Shown one piece after another: positions 59,179 to 64,000 of a stretch of DNA of 64,000 bases. The notes beneath the pieces were generated by a model, which was not told where the DNA came from, made no database searches, and saw only the letters and a program-made list of their open reading frames with translations. Origin of the DNA: Candidatus Latescibacterota bacterium (GTDB lineage: Bacteria; Latescibacterota; UBA2968); contig OZ242195.1 of the NCBI GenBank assembly GCA_965205975.1, positions 704,001 through 768,000 of the forward strand, read 5' to 3'. The position numbers and the translations under genes are program-made. The stretch's first letter is position 1, and each line of letters starts with the position of its first letter.

Positions 59179-61242
59179 TCAAAAGCCCGTCTTGCGCGAA
59201 TAGTTCGGCTTGGCCTCGCACTCGGCGCACAACAATTCGGCGAGTGCCTCCGCGTCTTGCAGGTGGCCGAGGATTTCGGCTTTTCGGCGGACTACGGCGA
59301 AATCGCCGGGGGTCAGGGTGGCGAGGTCTCCGATTTCGGGTGGAGCTTCGAGCGCGAAATAGGTGCGGAACGCCGCTTGCGACTGGTCGGGGGTGAGATA
59401 ATCGAGCGCGATCTTGAAGGTGAAGCGGCGCAGGGTGGCCGGGTCGAGGTTTTCGCCGAAGTTGGTCGTACATGCGAACGGCAGGGGGTGGCTCTCCATC
59501 CACGTCAGCATTTCGTTGACTTGGCTGACCTCCCAAGAGCGCACGGCATCTCGGCGGGCGGCGAGCAGGGAGTCGGCTTCGTCGAAGACGAGGATGGTGC
59601 CTTCGGCGCGGGCCTCGGCAAAGGCGTCCGCGATTCGCTGTTCGGTTTGGCCGACCCACATCGACATCAGGTCGGAAGCCCGCTTTTGGGTGACTTGGAG
59701 GCCGAGTCGTTCGGATAGGTAGCGGACGAATGCACTCTTGCCGGTGCCGGGTGGACCTTGCAGACAGAGGGAAAAATGCTTGCCGCCGCTTTTTGCGATG
59801 CGATCTGCGAAGCTGACCGGGTCAATGTCGGCTCGGACTAAGGCGAGGTCGAATTTTTCGGGAGGCCCCTGATTTGCGGGGGGCTTCTCGCCATTAATCA
59901 CTTGGGACAGGCTACGGATGCCGAGGCGCACGGTGGCGAGGTCGCCGCCGCAGAGACTCGCGGACGCAATGGCACTGGACGCCACGCCTGGGGTCACGTC
60001 GAATTCTTGGGCCAGGGTTTGGGCGTCTTCTGCGGTTGCGTCGATGTGGTGACGCGCTAACTCTCGCTGCCAGATGCGCGCCCGCACTTTGGGCGGTGGT
60101 TGGCGCAACTCTAGGGCAAAGCTCATGCGGCGCAGGAGGGCATGGTCGGTCTCTCGAGCGGAGTTTGAGGTCCACAGCGTGGGAACCGGTGCGCGTTCGA
60201 GCAGCCGGTTTAGGAACACTTTGGAGCTGTTGGAGCGGAGGCGACCGAACGACGCGAATGGGAACCAACCCGCTGGGTCCGAAAGCAGGTCCTCCATTTC
60301 GTCGAAGAGTAGGATGGACTTGCGGCTTGGCGCGAGGAGGTGTTGAGCGAGCCGGAGTTCTTGTAGCCGTTCGCGCCGGTTGGGATCGCAGCCTCGCTCG
60401 TCCTCTTCGCCGACGCTGTAGAGATTGACCTCTATCTGGGCGGCCAGCGTCTTGCAAAACTCGGTTTTGCCGGTGCCCGGTGGGCCGTACACCAAGATGT
60501 TTACACCCGCTTTGCCAGCGGTGAGTGCGCCTTTGACCAATTTTTCGATGTGGTCGCGTTTCTCTGCTACGTGGTCGAAGTCCGACCACTTTAGCTCGCT
60601 TGGGGGCGCCGCGTCGAGCAACAGGCTACACACGTCGCAGGTGCGGGTCTCTGGGGCGGAAAATAGCCGGAGCAATCGCCTGACGACTTCGATATCGCCA
60701 TCTTGTTCCACGAACATAAGCCCGGACTTCACGAGCGGTGCATTGGCCGCGAAGCGGGCGCGGAATGCGCTGTCCGATAGGCCGAGCAGGCAGGGTAGGA
60801 CGGGGTGCATGGTGTTGAAGAAGCGATGTCTGTGATGGTAGCGACGGCCAGATTCCAAAGAATCGCTCAGATCCGTAAAGATCGGCTGGGTTTCGCAGCG
60901 GGCCCAAATTTCTATGAGCGCGAGGTCGGCGGGTGCGAGGTCCATTTCCCGCCCAAGCCGCTGGAGTTGTCGCGCCATGCGGTCTTTTCGCGCCTTTTTG
61001 CGGGCGGCTGCGTACTCTTTTTTAATAATCTCCCGCAGGACCTTCCAATCCCGAGCGGACAATTTTTTTTCGCGATGCTCCCACAGGTCGCTCAGCACTT
61101 CGTTCTCGTCAGCGAGCGCGAGGATGTCGCGGTTATCGGCCATCCAACTGGCCAGGGCCTCCTGTTGGTAGGTGTTGTGGAAGCGCGAGGCGGCGTTGGA
61201 AAGATAAAAGAGAACAAGCTGTCGTTCGTAGGCGTTGAGCAT
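59179..61242 (-). CDS. Tandem (two-ring) AAA+ ATPase
   Basis: GPPGTGKT/LLFDEMED/LLRR and GPPGTGKS/LVFDEADS/TLRR; C-terminal TGF; GGAGG/AAAGGA RBS. Confidence 0.92.
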   Translation of the reverse strand: MLNAYERQLVLFYLSNAASRFHNTYQQEALASWMADNRDILALADENEVLSDLWEHREKKLSARDWKVLREIIKKEYAAARKKARKDRMARQLQRLGREMDLAPADLALIEIWARCETQPIFTDLSDSLESGRRYHHRHRFFNTMHPVLPCLLGLSDSAFRARFAANAPLVKSGLMFVEQDGDIEVVRRLLRLFSAPETRTCDVCSLLLDAAPPSELKWSDFDHVAEKRDHIEKLVKGALTAGKAGVNILVYGPPGTGKTEFCKTLAAQIEVNLYSVGEEDERGCDPNRRERLQELRLAQHLLAPSRKSILLFDEMEDLLSDPAGWFPFASFGRLRSNSSKVFLNRLLERAPVPTLWTSNSARETDHALLRRMSFALELRQPPPKVRARIWQRELARHHIDATAEDAQTLAQEFDVTPGVASSAIASASLCGGDLATVRLGIRSLSQVINGEKPPANQGPPEKFDLALVRADIDPVSFADRIAKSGGKHFSLCLQGPPGTGKSAFVRYLSERLGLQVTQKRASDLMSMWVGQTEQRIADAFAEARAEGTILVFDEADSLLAARRDAVRSWEVSQVNEMLTWMESHPLPFACTTNFGENLDPATLRRFTFKIALDYLTPDQSQAAFRTYFALEAPPEIGDLATLTPGDFAVVRRKAEILGHLQDAEALAELLCAECEAKPNYSRKTGF

Positions 61243-61347
61243 GGTCCTTTCCTCCAGATGAAGTGAAACGTCAAAATCTCTAACTCACTGTTCACAATGC
61301 AAAATGTGTGCATACTGCATTGTATGGCAGGAGTAGTGTTTATAGGA

Positions 61348-61381
61348 AACTTACATAGGAGGTGCGACAGATCGCGTCGCG
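61348..61381 (-). promoter_or_regulatory. Putative WYL operator/promoter upstream of the AAA+ ATPase
   Basis: TGCGAC-AGATCGC-GTCGCG (61363-61381); minus strand TGTCGC-N10-TAAGTT. Confidence 0.75.
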
Positions 61382-61623
61382 GGAGAAATTTTTTATAAAA
61401 AGATCAATTTTCGTCAAAATCGTCCGTCTAATCGCCTTTCCGGCCAAGGGCTATCGGACCGAGAGAGGGGTCTTGCAATAGGTGCTGGATGGTCTAAGAG
61501 AATTTGTCGAGAAAGATCGGCGTAGGAGGGTGCTTGGGACGCGCCTGTAGCGCTGGATTGGTAGAAAGAGGGAGGCCGTGTATGGTGTCAGAGGGCTACT
61601 TAGTGGTAGAGATGTTGCAGCTA

Positions 61624-62457
61624 CTACGAAAATATAGTCAAGTTGGGATTTATCTCAGTATCTGCATATTTCCGGAGAAGAACTTGCCTGAAGTCTCCAA
61701 CGAACTGTTGCACGTAGCTGGCCTTCACTTGATTCTCGGCCTCCTGCAGCCACCCCTGTGCCCAGTCCACTAGGATCACGCAGGCGAAGCGACCTTCCTT
61801 TTCCAGTTTGGTTCGGCGCACTGATGAAAGGCTCTCAGGGGGCGGTGGTTTTCCGTCGGGGGTCAAGTACAGCAACAGATATTGCCCCTTGTACTTTCTA
61901 TTTAGGTTTTTGGCGTAGGCGTGTAGTTGACCTGGTGGATGCCCTTCACCCGGTTTGTTCTCAATCGCAATCCCTACTAATCTCCCGTCAACATTCATGC
62001 TGATCTCTATATCAATTCTCCGCTTCCGGTTATCGATGTGAGTGGTCGGCGCTTCTCTGTAAACTAGCGGATGCGACCAGTTAGAATCGTCTGGTAAAAT
62101 CCGCTTCATACCTAGTTGCGTCGCTTCGTCGTCCCGCAAATGCTTCAAGAGAGCGGCCAAGAACAGGTCTCTCTGTCCATGAGCAGAATCGGGTCTAAGC
62201 AGGTCCGCCAGCACGTCGGACATACGGTTTTCGTCGAGATGGATATACTTGAAAGTGCTGAAACGTCGAGCAAGGTGACGGTCAAGTTCAATTACGGCTG
62301 GCCTCAAAACGTTAAGACCTTGCTGGGCACCCTCGAAGAATCGCGAGATCTCTTGCCTGAGCCTTGTATCGCGGGCTTTCTTCAAACTATCAAGACCTTG
62401 CTTGGCATCCTCAAAAAATCTCCGGGTCTTTTGCTCAAGGTTCATTTCGCTGGCCAC
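61624..62457 (-). CDS. PD-(D/E)XK nuclease (PDDEXK_4-like)
   Basis: ENRMSDVLADLLRP...HGQRDLFL, YRE, RRIDI, IENK, QLHAY, LYLTP; GTG start after GGAGGAG. Confidence 0.88.
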   Translation of the reverse strand: MASEMNLEQKTRRFFEDAKQGLDSLKKARDTRLRQEISRFFEGAQQGLNVLRPAVIELDRHLARRFSTFKYIHLDENRMSDVLADLLRPDSAHGQRDLFLAALLKHLRDDEATQLGMKRILPDDSNWSHPLVYREAPTTHIDNRKRRIDIEISMNVDGRLVGIAIENKPGEGHPPGQLHAYAKNLNRKYKGQYLLLYLTPDGKPPPPESLSSVRRTKLEKEGRFACVILVDWAQGWLQEAENQVKASYVQQFVGDFRQVLLRKYADTEINPNLTIFS

Positions 62458-62459
62458 CT

Positions 62460-63062
62460 TCACTCCTCCAGTGACTCCGAAATGGCCTTCGCAGAAAGCA
62501 CCAATATGTATGTAAAGTGCTCGATCTTCTCTTGCCTGAGTTCGTCGTCGTGCAGTGTGCACAGGTCGTCAAAGGATTTGTGGCTGTCTTTTAGATAGGA
62601 CTGCCAACGCCAAGAATCCTCGGAATCTCAGGATCAGACCCGTATCCTGGAAATAGTCAGAGAGATCCTCCGCCGTTGGACAAGCCTCGTTTGCTGCAGG
62701 CGTTCCCACGAATATATCTTCCCAATAGCCGAGATATATTTTGATCTCTTGATCTTCATAGTCATCACGTAGATAATTTTTTCCGCCCTAGTACTTTCAA
62801 ACCTGTTCTCTTCCCTTGTACTATCAGATTCGTTTCTAACCTTCGTTTCTATAACCTTTGTCTTCCACTGCCGGAGTCGGCCACACGCCTCGAGTTTTTT
62901 CCTGACATTCTTATCGAGTTTCTTCAGAAAGGAAGACAGAATTTTTGCCCGTAGTTGTACTTGTATATGACCGATTGCCAGCGCAAGCCTAGTATTCTCC
63001 TTGGATTCCATGCAGTATTTTACCAGATATTTTTCTTCTTCAGGCGTCAGTTCCCTCATCAT
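62460..63062 (-). pseudogene. Hypothetical protein with two compensating frameshifts
   Basis: AAGGAG RBS; protein-like reading moves to another frame near 62755 (DQEIKIYLGYWEDIFVG...), returns near 62625 (DSEDSWRWQSYLK...ESLEE*), and stops 2 nt before the nuclease GTG. Confidence 0.6.
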
Positions 63063-63353
63063 AGTCTCCTTTACGTGAATTCATGGTTTTCTCCTCGCCC
63101 CTCTGCGAAGGTGTTTAAAATAACGTGCGTTCGGGTTAAGCGGCCCTCTAACTGGAGTCGTGCTTCCGCTTAGTAGCATACGGTTGCAATGTATGCATTT
63201 ACACACAAAAAATACGACCATTCCCTGTGTCAACCAAGACATGTTGATTTTAGCTTGGCGATCAACTGGAAATCAAAGCGCGTGCTCAGTATTGAACTCG
63301 AAAAATCAGCCTGTCGAGCTGTTGCCCCTCTGCTTATTCCCCACTCACGTAAG

Positions 63354-63387
63354 ATATTAATAAACCCCTGCGACAGATCACGTCGCA
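63354..63387 (-). promoter_or_regulatory. Putative WYL operator/promoter overlapping the WYL stop codon
   Basis: Perfect TGCGAC-AGATCAC-GTCGCA (63369-63387); minus strand TGTCGC-N10-TAATAT. Confidence 0.78.
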
Positions 63388-64000
63388 CCCCCATCATCCA
63401 ATCCCAACGCCGCCCGCATCTCCTCCCGCACCGCCGCCCGCAATTCCTCCGGCTCCAGCACCTCAGCCGCTGCCCCAAAACTCAACACCCAACTCTTGAT
63501 CTCGTAAAACCCCCCAGCCCGTAGCCGCAACACCACCCGCCCGTCGTCCAACTCTTCCAGTGTCTGGCTCGGATGCCAGAGCCGCTCCCGTATGTAGGGT
63601 GCCTGCTCCTCGGTGAACCGAACCACCACGTCCATCGGCTCCTCGAACGAGACGCCGAACGCATTGCTTACTTGCTCGTCAACCGACAGGTGATCCGGCG
63701 GCTCGAACTCCTCCTCGGTCACTTCCACCGACTCAAAGCGGTCCACCGCCTGCGTGATGAGCTGGTCGTAGTAGGGCATCCGCGAGATTACATATAGACC
63801 ACCCCGGTGCGGCAGGAGGCGCAGCGGTTCGATGTTGTACTGCTGGGCACTCTCCGCCCATGGCGAGCGGTAGCTCACCCGACACACGCGGTGCTCCAGG
63901 AGGGCGTCGTGTAGGTTTTCGAGTATTTCGCGGGCGTCTTCATAAGGCTTGTGCCCGCGCGCCAGCGGCACGTATGCCTCTGCGGCTCGCTCTATGAATT
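63378..64000 (-). CDS. WYL-domain transcriptional regulator (WYL + WCX), 5' end outside the window
   Basis: SYRSP...IEPLRL...GLYVI...DRFESV; AFGV, YIRERLWHPSQ, WVLSFGAAAEVLEPEELR. Confidence 0.93.
   Translation of the reverse strand, partial: FIERAAEAYVPLARGHKPYEDAREILENLHDALLEHRVCRVSYRSPWAESAQQYNIEPLRLLPHRGGLYVISRMPYYDQLITQAVDRFESVEVTEEEFEPPDHLSVDEQVSNAFGVSFEEPMDVVVRFTEEQAPYIRERLWHPSQTLEELDDGRVVLRLRAGGFYEIKSWVLSFGAAAEVLEPEELRAAVREEMRAALGLDDGGAT

Noticed and set aside
63230..63478. ORF with an RRNCGRRCGRRCGRRW repeat resembling a Cys/Arg-rich peptide
   Set aside because: Alternative frame of the WYL C-terminus (EELRAAVREEMRAAL)

Overview
Bacterial genomic window with no rRNA, tRNA or CRISPR array detected. 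The gene content (many sulfatases and PhyH dioxygenases, a dockerin/EF-hand-tagged esterase) resembles sponge-associated Latescibacterota/Poribacteria-type heterotrophs; this taxonomy is inference only. Regions 1-24170 and 39.9-59 kb are a compositionally mosaic catabolic region: 7 sulfatases, 9 PhyH-type Fe/2OG dioxygenases, an aryl-sulfotransferase, a GH29 fucosidase, sugar epimerases/oxidoreductases, and a katG-led cluster containing an NCS2 permease fused to an RsbW-like domain. Several deletion scars are scattered through it. Region 24.3-39.7 kb is a defence island: AAA/PD-(D/E)XK protein, ABC-ATPase + TOPRIM-like pair, Schlafen-HATPase protein, a type I R-M system whose hsdS is split by an IS630, a YgjP-like protein and HigBA. 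Region 59.1-64 kb is a candidate undescribed module: WYL regulator, frameshifted partner gene, PD-(D/E)XK nuclease and tandem AAA+ ATPase. It carries two near-identical TGCGAC-N7-GTCGC operators, each positioned exactly as TGTCGC-N10-TAnnnT, the geometry of PafBC-activated promoters.
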